Notes: generated from the sequence alone by a model not told the origin. A stretch of DNA of 64,000 nucleotides from an uncultured Acidobacteriota bacterium (GCA_963809485.1 CAWEJX010000001.1:416001-480000), one strand, 5' to 3'; positions 30,453 through 41,201 are shown, counted from the stretch's first letter. Translations and numbers: made by a program.

Positions 30453-31295
30453 ATGGCAAGTTCTCCCGCAATCTCCATCATTACGCCAACCCTGAATGCA
30501 GCTGCAACCATTAGCACAGTTCTGCAGAGCGTGTCGGAACAGTCCTATAAGCGCATCGAGCACCTTGTCGTGGATGGCAGATCCACGGACGCGACTTCTG
30601 AAATAGTTAGCAGGTATTCGCCTCGATCAGGAAACATCCGGTTTATTCAGGAAAAAGACAGAGGCCTTTATGATGCATTGAACAAGGGCATTTTGGCCAG
30701 TTCGGGGGACTATTTGTTTTTCCTCGGGGGTGACGATGCCTTCCATGACCCCGAGGTGCTGGCGGATTTAGTGGCGAAGCGCGCATTTGAGGAAAACAAA
30801 GTGGTTTACGGCAATGTATTGGTCGTCGGAGATACCGGTTGGGCAAAGGATGGTCAGATCTACGACGGTTCCTTTTCCAGGGAAAAGCTGATCAGAAAGA
30901 ATATCTGCCATCAGGCAATATTCTATCCCCGGGCGGTATTTACGCGGCTTGGGCTGTACAACATCAGGTACGCCATAAATGCAGACTGGGACATGAATTG
31001 GAGATGCTGGGCGCAAGAGGGTTTTAGCTATGTAGACCGGATCATCACCATTTTCAATGCGGGAGGTCTTTCGACCGGTGCCGTCGATGAAGCATTCAAA
31101 AGCGATTATCTCAGGTTGCTCAAGCTCTATTTTGATCTCACTCCTGAAGAGCTCATTCGTGCCGGTGAGGAATCGCCCTGGGGAGACCTGAATTCTGAAA
31201 TGAGCATAACCCCGGCGCGGACGGCCCTGGGCTTCGTCAGAAGGGTTGCACAATACCCCGCCAAATTCATCAGGGCCAGAAGAAAAGGCTTCTGA
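30453..31295 (+). CDS. Glycosyltransferase family 2 (WcaE-like)
   Basis: ISIITPTLN, DRGLYDALNKG, LGGDD, HQA motifs. Confidence 0.88.
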   Translation: MASSPAISIITPTLNAAATISTVLQSVSEQSYKRIEHLVVDGRSTDATSEIVSRYSPRSGNIRFIQEKDRGLYDALNKGILASSGDYLFFLGGDDAFHDPEVLADLVAKRAFEENKVVYGNVLVVGDTGWAKDGQIYDGSFSREKLIRKNICHQAIFYPRAVFTRLGLYNIRYAINADWDMNWRCWAQEGFSYVDRIITIFNAGGLSTGAVDEAFKSDYLRLLKLYFDLTPEELIRAGEESPWGDLNSEMSITPARTALGFVRRVAQYPAKFIRARRKGF

Positions 31296-31627
31296 TCCGG
31301 TCGGCTCGATATGTCGATCCGGCTATGGTCAGGTAATAGGGCACGATTGTCTGGGCCATGGGGGCCGCAGTTATGGTATAGCTCGATTTTTCCCGTTCTT
31401 CGGAAGCATTCTCCGGGGATTCCGCCGCTTCTGATTTGCGCCGGAACCGATTCAGCGCAGAAACTTATCCGACAACTCCATGCGCATCTCAGAAAGGTCG
31501 TCGGCGGCTGTCTTTTTTCTTGCGGCCCGGGGAGAGTCGTGGAAAAATGTGGCAGGTCCATGGCAAAATTTGTGGTCGGATTTTGGGGAACGCATGGATA
31601 TCTGCTTGCCAATGAAGGGCTTAATTA

Positions 31628-33616
31628 ATGGCATTGCCGGCGCCTGAGTTTCATAAAAGCGAATCCCGAATAGATATCTCCATTATTATCGTCAATTACA
31701 ACGTCAAGGACTTCCTTCTGCAGTGCCTGCGCTCGATCGATCCGGCGACGCGCGACCTTTCCTGCGAAGTAATCATCGTGGACAATTGTTCACCCGATGG
31801 TTCGGTGAGCTATCTTCAACCCCTGTTCCCGCACGTTCAGTTCCTCAGCCTGAAAGAGAACGTGGGCTTTGGGCGGGCGAACAACCTTGCACTGGAAAAG
31901 GCCCGCGGGGAGTACATTCTATTCCTGAATCCCGACACGCTGCTTGAGGAGCGCACCCTCCAGGCAATGGTTGCCTACATGCGCGGTCATTCCGACGTGG
32001 GCATGTGCGGTTGCAGGGTATTGAATCCCGATGGCACCCTCCAGCTGGCATGCAGGCGTTCTTACCCCACGCCGTGGGCCTCATTCTGCAAGATATCCGG
32101 CTTGCAAAGCCTCTTCCCCAGGTCCCGGCTATTCGCTCAATACAACCAGACGTTCCGCCCCGAGGACGAGACCTATTTCGTGGACGCCATCAGCGGCTCC
32201 TTCATGTTTGCCCGTGCTTCGGCACTGAATCAATCCGGCGGCTTCGATCCGGACTTTTTCATGTACGGCGAGGACCTCGATCTTTGCTATCGCATCAGCC
32301 GGGCCGGATGGAAGATCGCGTATGTGCCAGAAACATCGGTCATTCATTATAAGGGCGCCAGCACCCGACGCAGCTATCTGAACAGGATAGGAATCTTCTA
32401 CAATGCGATGGAACTCTTCGCCCGCAAGCATCACAGCAGCTCCGCACTGGTGCTGCTTTTCCTGCGCTTCGGCATCGCCTTGCGTTCGTGGCTCGCTTAC
32501 GCCAACCGCCACCGACGTTCGCTGTTCGTTTTGCTGTGCGACCTGGCCGGTATCAACGCAGCCTTGCTGATCGCAACAAAGCTGCGCTTCGGGTCTTTTT
32601 TCGGGTTTCCGCCTTACGCGTATCCGACAGTGTTCATCGTGCTTTCGGCGGTGACGCTTCTTTCCATGCTGAGCACAGGCGAGTATTTCGAGTCCAATCC
32701 CTCGCTCAGGAGGGCCTTTGCCGGACTCATGCTGAATTTTTTCCTTCTCACCGCCCTCACCTACTTCTTTAACAATTTTGCTTTCAGCCGTGTCGTGCTG
32801 CTAATGCTGATCTCGTTCGGCATCCTTTTCACCGGGCTCATCCGGATCCTGATGGCCATCTACGACAGATCGATGGGAAAGGAATCCGACCGGCGCATCG
32901 CCGTCGTGGGAACCAACGGAGCGGCCGAACGGATTGTCCGCGCTCTACAAACGGCCGAAACTCGCAATGCCGACCTCGTTGGGATTGTTACCCGCTCAGA
33001 AACAGACAGGGGCACGATGTTTGAGATCCCCATAATCGGATCTATCGCTCATCTGCCCCAATTGATCGAGCAGCATCGCCTTGACGAAATCATCATCACG
33101 GATGAGTCGATTCCACGCAACGACGTGATGGGACTTATTAAACGGGCATCGGGGCGCTCGGCGCGTTTCCATGTCGCGCTCGACTACGAAGATATCGTCA
33201 CATCCCGGATCATCAATGAAGTGGCTGGAATTGAACCTACTTTGCCGCCCTATAATCTGATGCGGGTGCGCTATCGGATTGCCAAAAGGCTTTTTGACAT
33301 CGGGGCGTCCCTGTTTCTGCTGACTTTAGGGCTCCCGCTGGCAGGTTTCCTTGTCCATGATTTCTTCCCGGCGCTCAGGAAGCTGTGCGGCGCAATCACG
33401 GGCAAATATAGTATTGTAGGACTGTACCCTTTGGATGAGCAAAAGCCATCCATGGGCAGGATCGGCTTCACGGGGCTTGCCCATATCAGCAAACCTTCAA
33501 GACTTTCACCCCAGGTCATCCGCGAGCTGAACGAATACTACATTCAGCATTACACGCTGACTTTGGATTTTGACATCCTTTTGAAAAGCCTTTTCCGCAA
33601 GAGATACGACGACTGA
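31628..33616 (+). CDS. GT2 (WbbL-like) fused to WcaJ-like membrane/Rossmann region and a degenerate sugar-transferase domain
   Basis: IIVNYN, LNPDT, FMYGEDLD; TM block; IAVVG; KRLFD..SIVG..GFTGL. Confidence 0.8.
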   Translation: MALPAPEFHKSESRIDISIIIVNYNVKDFLLQCLRSIDPATRDLSCEVIIVDNCSPDGSVSYLQPLFPHVQFLSLKENVGFGRANNLALEKARGEYILFLNPDTLLEERTLQAMVAYMRGHSDVGMCGCRVLNPDGTLQLACRRSYPTPWASFCKISGLQSLFPRSRLFAQYNQTFRPEDETYFVDAISGSFMFARASALNQSGGFDPDFFMYGEDLDLCYRISRAGWKIAYVPETSVIHYKGASTRRSYLNRIGIFYNAMELFARKHHSSSALVLLFLRFGIALRSWLAYANRHRRSLFVLLCDLAGINAALLIATKLRFGSFFGFPPYAYPTVFIVLSAVTLLSMLSTGEYFESNPSLRRAFAGLMLNFFLLTALTYFFNNFAFSRVVLLMLISFGILFTGLIRILMAIYDRSMGKESDRRIAVVGTNGAAERIVRALQTAETRNADLVGIVTRSETDRGTMFEIPIIGSIAHLPQLIEQHRLDEIIITDESIPRNDVMGLIKRASGRSARFHVALDYEDIVTSRIINEVAGIEPTLPPYNLMRVRYRIAKRLFDIGASLFLLTLGLPLAGFLVHDFFPALRKLCGAITGKYSIVGLYPLDEQKPSMGRIGFTGLAHISKPSRLSPQVIRELNEYYIQHYTLTLDFDILLKSLFRKRYDD

Positions 33617-33630
33617 AACCGCTCTCCGGC

Positions 33631-34626
33631 CTATTTCCCGGCCAGCCGGGTCCTGAGCCACTTTCGATCCAGAATACGGTCTATTTCCGCACAGGACACC
33701 GTTCTCTGCGTCTGGATCTTCCGGCGCTTCCGCAGCACGCGCCGAATATTTTTCAAAAAGTCGAATTTGCCCGCCAGATAACCTGCCAGGCGTCCCTTTG
33801 CCCCGAAATAGAGCAATGCCAGGATTGCGTTGAGCAAATGGGAGGGAAGATATTTCCACACCAGCCGCCCGGGCATGTTTTTGAAATAGACATATTCGAC
33901 ATTCCTTTGGCCATAAAACACATGAGAACGGCTGAATTTCCCGATTGAGGCGTTAAGTCTGTGATAAACGACCGCGTTCGGCGCGTAAAGGCATGTCCAT
34001 CCCCGCAACTGCGCCCGGAAGCTGAGATCGCTGTCTTCGGAGAGAAGGAAGAAATCCTCATCGAAAAGCCCGATTTCGGCAAGCATCGAGCGTCGCAAAA
34101 GCATTGCGCAGCCCGAGGCGCCGAAAACAGACCCGGCAGACGCGAAGCTGCCGCAAGACACCAGGTGCCCGCGCTTGTATCCAACTCCAACGGTCGTCAT
34201 GCCGTCGCCGGCGCTGTCGAGCCTCTCGCGGTCGCTGTAAAGCAAAACTCTGGAAGCGACAATTCCCACACGGGAATCATGGGCGGCAGCCAGCAGGTGC
34301 TCTGCCCAATGATAATCGGCGACGGCATCATTATTGAGAAGGGCCACGAACTCGCCCGAAGACGCCTCTATACCCCGATTGTTGCCGGCGGCGAATCCAC
34401 GGTTTTCGGATAGTGCGAGGAGGCGGACTTTCGGGAACCGGCTTCGAACCAGATCGAGAGAACCATCGGTAGAACCATTGTCGACCAGCAATATCTCAAG
34501 GCCGTCTAGGCTCTGATGGGATAGGGATTCGAGGCATTCGGGAAGCAGCTGTTCGCCATTCCAGTTGACCACAATCGCAGTGAAAGCCGCCATTATGTTC
34601 CTGCCGCGCTTTTGCTCCTCCGGCAT
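33631..34626 (-). CDS. Glycosyltransferase family 2
   Basis: IVVNWNG, VDNGSTD, LLNNDA, EDSDL motifs; start may be 34594. Confidence 0.9.
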   Translation of the reverse strand: MPEEQKRGRNIMAAFTAIVVNWNGEQLLPECLESLSHQSLDGLEILLVDNGSTDGSLDLVRSRFPKVRLLALSENRGFAAGNNRGIEASSGEFVALLNNDAVADYHWAEHLLAAAHDSRVGIVASRVLLYSDRERLDSAGDGMTTVGVGYKRGHLVSCGSFASAGSVFGASGCAMLLRRSMLAEIGLFDEDFFLLSEDSDLSFRAQLRGWTCLYAPNAVVYHRLNASIGKFSRSHVFYGQRNVEYVYFKNMPGRLVWKYLPSHLLNAILALLYFGAKGRLAGYLAGKFDFLKNIRRVLRKRRKIQTQRTVSCAEIDRILDRKWLRTRLAGK

Positions 34627-34678
34627 GCTGAATCACCAAAAACCGGACAGAACCGACGCAATTACGAATTGAACGAAT

Positions 34679-35824
34679 TTATATGCCTCCGGTCGACCTG
34701 CCGCCGGCAAGGCGCTGATAAATGAACAGGGTCTGCTCGGCCGTCCTGCGCCATGGGAACTGTTCTGCCCTCTGAACCCCGGCTTCAGAATGCCGGGAGG
34801 CCATATCGTGGTTCTCGAGGATCCCGGCCATCGCATCGGCGATCGATTGAACATCGGCCGGGTCGACAAGGACCGCTGCCTCTCCCGCAACCTCTTCACA
34901 TGCAGTTCCGCGGCCGACAATAACCGGACAGCCGCAGGCCATGGCCTCGAGCACTCCGAGGCCGAATCCTTCATAAAAGGAGGGGAATACGAAGCCCCTG
35001 GCGAGGCTGTAAAACAAAGCAAGGTCTTCTTCCGGAACATAACCTAAAATGCGAACATACTGGTTTTGAGGAGAGTCTGTCTGGCTCGAGGCAACCGGCT
35101 CCAGAGTCCGGCCGATCAGAACGAGCTCAAGCCCGTCGGGCTTCCGCTTCCTCACCACGTGAAAGGCTTCAACAATGCGCTCGATGTTCCGCCGGCGGTG
35201 GATATCGCCGACAAAAAGAAGAAAATTGCCGCCCAATCCATATTTACGCTTCAGGTTCTCAAGCGGCTGCGGCTGGCTGACCATTCTGTACTTGCGCCGG
35301 TCAACTCCCAAAGGAATCACACTTATCTTTTCCTGTGGAATACCATAAACGCGCATGATTTCGCGCCTTGAGAATTCGGAAACAGTCAAAATGCAATCCG
35401 CGCTTCGGGCCGAGAGACGGTACCAGGCTTTTCGCAAGGTGCCGCTGCGATAGGGGTACCATTCCGGGTGGGCAGCATAGGAAATATCGTGAATGGTAAC
35501 GACGGATGGCCGGGGAAGCCATAACGGAATCGTGTATCCCGGCGAATGAAAGACATCGAAGACACTCTTTTTAAGCCCTCGAACCAGTGAAATATTGGTC
35601 CAGATGAAATTGTTGCCTGAAAAAGAGGGAATTCGAAGCACGTGAACACGCTCGCCACTGATCTTTGCTTCAATGGGAATATCCTGATTGATGGCGAGCA
35701 AAATCCTGAGGGACGGGTCCAGCAAAAGCAGTTGCTCCAGGAGATTGGACGTATAAATACCAATGCCTGTCCGTTCCCCACGCAAGCTCCTTCCATCCAC
35801 AGCCACTCGAGCCGGCAAGGCCAT
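34679..35824 (-). CDS. Glycosyltransferase family 4
   Basis: RTGIG, TIHD, EGFGLGVLEAMACG motifs. Confidence 0.9.
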   Translation of the reverse strand: MALPARVAVDGRSLRGERTGIGIYTSNLLEQLLLLDPSLRILLAINQDIPIEAKISGERVHVLRIPSFSGNNFIWTNISLVRGLKKSVFDVFHSPGYTIPLWLPRPSVVTIHDISYAAHPEWYPYRSGTLRKAWYRLSARSADCILTVSEFSRREIMRVYGIPQEKISVIPLGVDRRKYRMVSQPQPLENLKRKYGLGGNFLLFVGDIHRRRNIERIVEAFHVVRKRKPDGLELVLIGRTLEPVASSQTDSPQNQYVRILGYVPEEDLALFYSLARGFVFPSFYEGFGLGVLEAMACGCPVIVGRGTACEEVAGEAAVLVDPADVQSIADAMAGILENHDMASRHSEAGVQRAEQFPWRRTAEQTLFIYQRLAGGRSTGGI

Positions 35825-35910
35825 TGAAAAACCCTACAATACGAAGACGCGTTACGCAATCTCCGAATACAGCATTGGGCAATTGCCAGGCCATTCCTCC
35901 ATCCCATTTT

Positions 35911-36308
35911 GTCAGGTACCTTCGGCAAAGCCGGAGGCTTGAAAGATTTAAACCGCTCAAAGCGGTTGGACTAGTTACGCCGGTCTTGAACGCTGACTTA
36001 TGCGGGCAAAAGCCGATGAGGCGCTTCCGATCCCAGCAGGGGCCAGCGCTCCGCGCTGGACAGTTTTCTGCGGCGGCACCGTGGAAAGCGCCGTGCGGCA
36101 AGGAGATAAAGGGTATGAGAAACCGGGCGCTTGCCACAGTGCCGCCGCCGAAAACTCCATCGGAAGCGCCTCATCGGCTTTTGCTCGCCGACTTTCGCCG
36201 AACAAATCGACGTTTGTCAGCGCTTTTATCAGCGTTTCTCAGCGTTTCAAAATACGGAGCTGTCAAACTCTTTGAGTCCCCCGGCAGAGCCGGGGGTTTA
36301 CCAATGTA
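35911..36308 (-). mobile_element. Non-autonomous IS200/IS605-type element, copy 2
   Basis: Colinear with copy 1, starting GTCA and followed by ATTA. Confidence 0.8.
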
Positions 36309-36505
36309 ATTAGTGCCCATCTTCCATATCAGCTGGGCATATTGGCGTGAAGGCGCCTGACCTTGTCTTCAATCATGAAAGGTTTTCAGATGGACCGGCC
36401 GCCCGTTTTGCAGAATCGACCGGGCCCTGGGAGTTTTGATAAAAAATCGTTTCGATACGTGTGAGGCCTCATCAACAAAACCGGCCTTCCTCAATCTTAA
36501 ACGGC

Positions 36506-36522
36506 TGTAAAATTTCCCGACA
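36506..36522 (-). promoter_or_regulatory. TGT-N11-ACA enhancer-like box
   Basis: Reverse complement is TGTCGGGAAATTTTACA, matching the boxes at 14025 and 36999. Confidence 0.5.
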
Positions 36523-36749
36523 CTTCCAAAGCTTCCGGATCATGGGGCCCTCATCGGGCTAAGTGGTTAAGGAAATCATTTATTTTCAAACAATTGCGTC
36601 ACTCATAGTCGCCGGTCTGCCCAAGCCGATCATCGATTGAAATAGCTACCCTAGTTTCTGTCGCGAAATTCGGGATTTGCGAGGAAACCGGCTTTTATAA
36701 CGGTCAATGGGATATTTGATATTACATATAAGCCGGAAATGGGAGCCGG

Positions 36750-36927
36750 GCCGCGTAGCGGCCAGCTGAATTTGGCCAGGCCTTTTAAGTCCTGGATCTA
36801 AAGGAGTTAGATTTTCCGTCGCGTAGCGACGGTTGAATTTCAGGCGTCGCTACGCGACGCGCTGTTCTCAATACCATGGCTCCCGGCCTTGAAAGGCCGG
36901 GCTAAAATCATATTGCCGCTACGCGGC
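36750..36927. repeat. Nested palindromic REP/REPIN-like element
   Basis: Outer GCCGCGTAGCGGC..GCCGCTACGCGGC; inner CGTCGCGTAGCGACG..CGTCGCTACGCGACG. Confidence 0.75.
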
Positions 36928-36998
36928 TCAACCCAGTTTCGCGACAGAAACTACCCTAATATTACTGCCATTTTCATTGCCGCCGGGATTATCCCTCG

Positions 36999-37149
36999 TG
37001 TCGGATTTCCTTACACTTTCGCTTGGATCCCTCATTACCAAATGGAGAATTTTGTGATACCTATAAAATCTAATATATTCATTTTATTGGCTTTACATCG
37101 TATTACGCTGTTCTTTGGCTTGATTGCTTCACAATGGACTGGATATTGC
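36999..37149 (+). promoter_or_regulatory. Enhancer box plus sigma-54-like promoter
   Basis: TGTCGGATTTCCTTACA 36999-37015; TGGACTGGATATTGC 37135-37149 (GG-N10-GC). Confidence 0.65.
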
Positions 37150-37187
37150 ATTAATCAGGGTGCAACTGATTCAGAAAGGAATTCGAT

Positions 37188-37748
37188 ATGGGAAAGAACA
37201 TTGGATACATTTTAGTGGCATTCATAATGGTGGTCGGGGCCGCGTACAATGTGAACGCCGACACCATTTATATCACTCCAGCAACCACCTCCCAATGGAC
37301 TGGCGCAGAAACCTCACAAGCTGAGATAAATGATGCGATTGCAGCCATATGCCCCTATGACTCATGTGGCGAGGTCTACAAGGCTACTCCCGGCGACGAC
37401 GATCAAGGTGCATTTGACGCCTCCTACGATACCCTGTTCGATAGCGATAGTGAGGCCGGAGCCGGCTCGGTCGCCTATATCGGTGGTGCCTACATCGACG
37501 ATCCCAGCTTCCTGCTGATCAAGGACGGCAACCACGAACCGGCCTGGTACTTGTTCGATATATCCGGCTGGAGCGGAATGGATACAATAGAGTTCAGAGG
37601 CTTTTGGCCCGACGGAGGATCCATATCGCACGTTACTATTTATGATGGCGGTCCCGGTAGCGGCGAAAACCCAATTCCGGAACCAACATCTCTGCTACTG
37701 ATAGGAACCGGCCTTGTTGGCCTGGTATTATGGCGGCGCAGGTCTTAA
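37188..37748 (+). CDS. PEP-CTERM sorting-domain protein
   Basis: Signal peptide; KDG and ISHVTIY motifs; IPEPTSLLLIGTG-TM-RRRS. Confidence 0.92.
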   Translation: MGKNIGYILVAFIMVVGAAYNVNADTIYITPATTSQWTGAETSQAEINDAIAAICPYDSCGEVYKATPGDDDQGAFDASYDTLFDSDSEAGAGSVAYIGGAYIDDPSFLLIKDGNHEPAWYLFDISGWSGMDTIEFRGFWPDGGSISHVTIYDGGPGSGENPIPEPTSLLLIGTGLVGLVLWRRRS

Positions 37749-37782
37749 GGACACAGAAAGCATATTTCATACCGGTAATATG

Positions 37783-37812
37783 AAAAAGGCCACTTGAAAA
37801 GTGGCCTTTTTT
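37783..37812 (+). terminator. Rho-independent terminator
   Basis: AAAAAGGCCACTT-GAA-AAGTGGCCTTTTTT. Confidence 0.88.
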
Positions 37813-37964
37813 ATTGCCCCTTCCCTTCCTGAAAGCGTCGCAGGATAAAAGGTGTGATAAAAATCACCCAAGTTATTATTTATTCAGGCATTTGCTGTAA
37901 AATGCAGGCTTAACGGCGGAAGCGATAGAGGGCGGGGCATTTCCATTCAAAAGGAGGGGCGTCA

Positions 37965-38885
37965 GTGAAGATTCTGGTCACAGGCGGAGCAGGCTTTATA
38001 GGTTCCAATATTGTGGACGCATTTCTATCGGCCGGCCATGAGATATGTGTGGTCGACGACCTGTCCACCGGCTTTCGCCGGAATGTGAACGCGGACGCCC
38101 GCCTGCATGAAGTGGACATACGGAGCGCCCGGCTGGCAGAAGTCTTTAGAAATGAAAAGCCCGATATCGTTTGCCATCAAGCCGCGCGTGCCAATGTGCG
38201 CGAGTCGTTCGAGAAGCCGCTTCTTTACGCAGATGTCAACATACTGGGCTCCTTGAATGTCCTGGAGTGCTGCCGGCAGCTGGGCATCCGGAAGATAATC
38301 TATGCCTGCACCGGAGGCGCCGTGTATGGGGAACCGCAGCAGCTCCCGGTCACGGAGGATCATCCGGTCAATCCGCTTGATCCCTATGGCGCCAGCAAGC
38401 ACCATGTCGAGCACTACCTGCATCTTTACATGGCCAACTTCGGCATTCCCTTCACCTCGCTTCGCTATCCCAACGTATACGGCCTCAGGCAGGATTCCCA
38501 AGGGGAGGCGGGCGTGGTAGCCATATTCTCCGCACAAATGCTGAGTGGCAGCCGGACGGTGATCAACGGATCCGGAGACCAGGAGCGCGATTTTGTATAT
38601 GTTTCGGATATAGCACGGGCAAACATTCTGGCCCTGGACCGTGGCGACGGCGAAATTGTAAATATCGGCAGCGGCGTTGGCACTTCCGTCAACACGATAT
38701 TTACAACGCTGGCCAGGCTTACGGATTATCAGGGAGAGGTCGTTCACGGGCCTGCCAAGAAGGGTGAAGTTTACAGGATCTACCTCAATGCCGATAAAGC
38801 CCGGCACATACTCGGCTGGACTCCGATGATGGCACTAGAAGAAGGGCTTGCCTCCACTGTCGACTATTTCCGGAAAATCAAATGA
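37965..38885 (+). CDS. NAD-dependent epimerase (UDP-glucose 4-epimerase family)
   Basis: TGGAGFIG, YGASK, RYPNVYG, RDFVYV motifs. Confidence 0.92.
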   Translation: MKILVTGGAGFIGSNIVDAFLSAGHEICVVDDLSTGFRRNVNADARLHEVDIRSARLAEVFRNEKPDIVCHQAARANVRESFEKPLLYADVNILGSLNVLECCRQLGIRKIIYACTGGAVYGEPQQLPVTEDHPVNPLDPYGASKHHVEHYLHLYMANFGIPFTSLRYPNVYGLRQDSQGEAGVVAIFSAQMLSGSRTVINGSGDQERDFVYVSDIARANILALDRGDGEIVNIGSGVGTSVNTIFTTLARLTDYQGEVVHGPAKKGEVYRIYLNADKARHILGWTPMMALEEGLASTVDYFRKIK

Positions 38886-39066
38886 GGCCCGGCAGCTTGG
38901 TATGATGCGCGGCCGCGAAGCTTGGGCACGAGCCGTTACGCGCGTCTGCTCAGCTGCAGCAGGTATCTTCTGGAAAGCTTGAAGTCCCGCCGCGTTCTAC
39001 CGGCCGCACTCACTGCCGCAGAGTTGCACAGAGGGAAAGGTTCGGATTAGCGCGCTCCGGAAAGGA

Positions 39067-39726
39067 TTACCAGAAATAATAAGCAGAGCGGGCAATAACC
39101 CAAAGGCTCAGAAGTAAATTGGTGACTGCGTGGGCCATGATGGCGTCGCCTAGACGATCCTTGCGGCAAACCAAACCCTGGTAGGCAAACGCGCACAGGA
39201 TTCCCGGCAGCCATTCGTAGTGGCTGATCCCGAACACAACTCCGGCAACAAGGAATGCCTTCAGATTGAAAGCTCCCAAGGATATCTTCGCAAAGTCTGA
39301 TTGAATGATATAACGATAGAGGAAGGATCGATAGAAGACCTCCTCCAACATCGGAACCACAAGGGACGAACCTATGACACGCACTCCCAGGAAAATCAGG
39401 GCCAGAGTGCTGCCATTGCCATATGTTTGGCCGGGATCAAAGCTTCCCGGACGCCGGGCAACCATCGGATAAAGGCCGTCCAATCCTGTCCAGACCAGAA
39501 AAACGACGCCCCCTACGACAATCGCTTCCCAGGAGAACTTCCACCTCATTTCCCTGACGTGCGGCCAGACTAAACAGATCAGCCAGGCACCGACTATTGT
39601 TTTGATAGCATATATCCAGTATTGAGAAGTATCGCCAAGACGGCCCTGGAACAGAGTCAGAGCGGCAAAGACGGCAAAGGGGACCACACGCGCAAGTACG
39701 GGGGAGGATCGTATTTTGTTGAGCAT
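39067..39726 (-). CDS. CAAX prenyl protease-related protein of PEP-CTERM systems
   Basis: LEEVFYRSFL, FGISH, AHAVTN motifs; multi-TM. Confidence 0.88.
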   Translation of the reverse strand: MLNKIRSSPVLARVVPFAVFAALTLFQGRLGDTSQYWIYAIKTIVGAWLICLVWPHVREMRWKFSWEAIVVGGVVFLVWTGLDGLYPMVARRPGSFDPGQTYGNGSTLALIFLGVRVIGSSLVVPMLEEVFYRSFLYRYIIQSDFAKISLGAFNLKAFLVAGVVFGISHYEWLPGILCAFAYQGLVCRKDRLGDAIMAHAVTNLLLSLWVIARSAYYFW

Positions 39727-39827
39727 AAGGAGCCTTCAGTCTAACCTTAGAGCATATCGGCAGCAACCGGGAAAGACTCAGTGAAGTTCAGGGAAAATTC
39801 GCCGATTTAGTTGCAGTGGAGGGAACC

Positions 39828-41201
39828 ATGTTCTTGAAACGCATCGCATGCATTGGCGCCGGATACGTGGGCGGGCCGACCATGGCGGTTATCGCCATGA
39901 AATGCCCGCAATATAAAGTCAATGTCGTGGACATCAGCGAGGCCCGCATCCGAGCCTGGCAGACAGAGGACCTGCCCATCTACGAGCCGGGATTGCTCGA
40001 TGTGGTGAAAGCGGCGCGCGGACGGAACCTGTTTTTCTCTACCGATATCCGTGCCGCCATTCGCGAATCCGAAATAATCTTTGTCTCGGTCAATACCCCG
40101 ACGAAGACTTTCGGCGAAGGCGCCGGCAAGGCCGCCGATCTTCAGTATTGGGAGAAAGTCGCCCGTGAGATCCTGCACGAGTCGACATCCGCGAAAATCG
40201 TCATCGAAAAAAGCACACTGCCGGTCAAAACCGCGCAAACTATGGAGAATATTCTCAACGCCAACGGGAGGAAAGTTCCGTTCGAGGTGATTTCAAATCC
40301 CGAGTTTTTGGCTGAAGGCACGGCGGTCAAGGACCTTCTGGAGCCCGATCGAGTCCTGATCGGGTCGCGCGAGACGCCGACTGGGCTTAAAGCGCGGCAG
40401 GACGTTGTGGACATCTACGCGAATTGGGTGCCGCTGGAACGGATCCTTACCAGCAATGTCTGGAGCGCCGAACTGTCCAAGCTGGTTGCCAACGCTTTCC
40501 TTGCACAGCGGATCTCCTCAATAAACAGCATTTCGGCGCTGTGTGAAAAAACCGACGCCAGCGTGCTGGAAGTCTCCCGCGCCGTAGGCATGGACTCGCG
40601 CATCGGCAGCCGCTTTCTCAATGCGAGCGTCGGATTCGGCGGATCGTGCTTCAAGAAAGATATCCTGAACCTGGTCTACATCTGCGAGTATTACGGACTT
40701 GAGGAACCTGCCCGATACTGGGAATCGGTGCTCACGATGAATGAGTACCAGGAATCGCGCTTCGTCCGCAAAATGATACGAGAAATGTTCAACACCATCG
40801 TTGGGAAGCGGATCGCCCTCTTCGGATTTGCATTCAAGGCCGACACAAGCGACACGCGGGAATCGCCTGCGATCTACATTGCGCGCAAACTGATGGAGGA
40901 GAAAGCCTGCGTGGCGATCACGGACCCAAAGGCGCTGGAGAACGCGCGGATCGACCTTGCAGGGTGCGAGGAGAATCTAGATTTGGTCGAGGATCCATAC
41001 GAGGCAGCACGCGGGGCTCATGGAATCGCGGTGATGACAGAATGGGCGCTGTACCGTTCGCTGGATTGGGAGAAAATCTACAGATCGATGGAGAAGCCGG
41101 CATTCCTGTTCGACGGCCGCAACCTGCTCGACCACGAGAGGCTTTTCGAAATCGGATTCAATGTCTACCCGCTGGGAAAATCACCCCTTAAGCATTTTTA
41201 G
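39828..41201 (+). CDS. ugd: UDP-glucose 6-dehydrogenase
   Basis: GAGYVGGPT, SNPEFLAEG, GFGGSCF, FDGRN motifs. Confidence 0.93.
   Translation: MFLKRIACIGAGYVGGPTMAVIAMKCPQYKVNVVDISEARIRAWQTEDLPIYEPGLLDVVKAARGRNLFFSTDIRAAIRESEIIFVSVNTPTKTFGEGAGKAADLQYWEKVAREILHESTSAKIVIEKSTLPVKTAQTMENILNANGRKVPFEVISNPEFLAEGTAVKDLLEPDRVLIGSRETPTGLKARQDVVDIYANWVPLERILTSNVWSAELSKLVANAFLAQRISSINSISALCEKTDASVLEVSRAVGMDSRIGSRFLNASVGFGGSCFKKDILNLVYICEYYGLEEPARYWESVLTMNEYQESRFVRKMIREMFNTIVGKRIALFGFAFKADTSDTRESPAIYIARKLMEEKACVAITDPKALENARIDLAGCEENLDLVEDPYEAARGAHGIAVMTEWALYRSLDWEKIYRSMEKPAFLFDGRNLLDHERLFEIGFNVYPLGKSPLKHF

Noticed and set aside
36556-36572. tRNA D-loop-like GGGCTAAGTGGTTAAGG
   Set aside because: No acceptor stem, anticodon arm or T-loop around it
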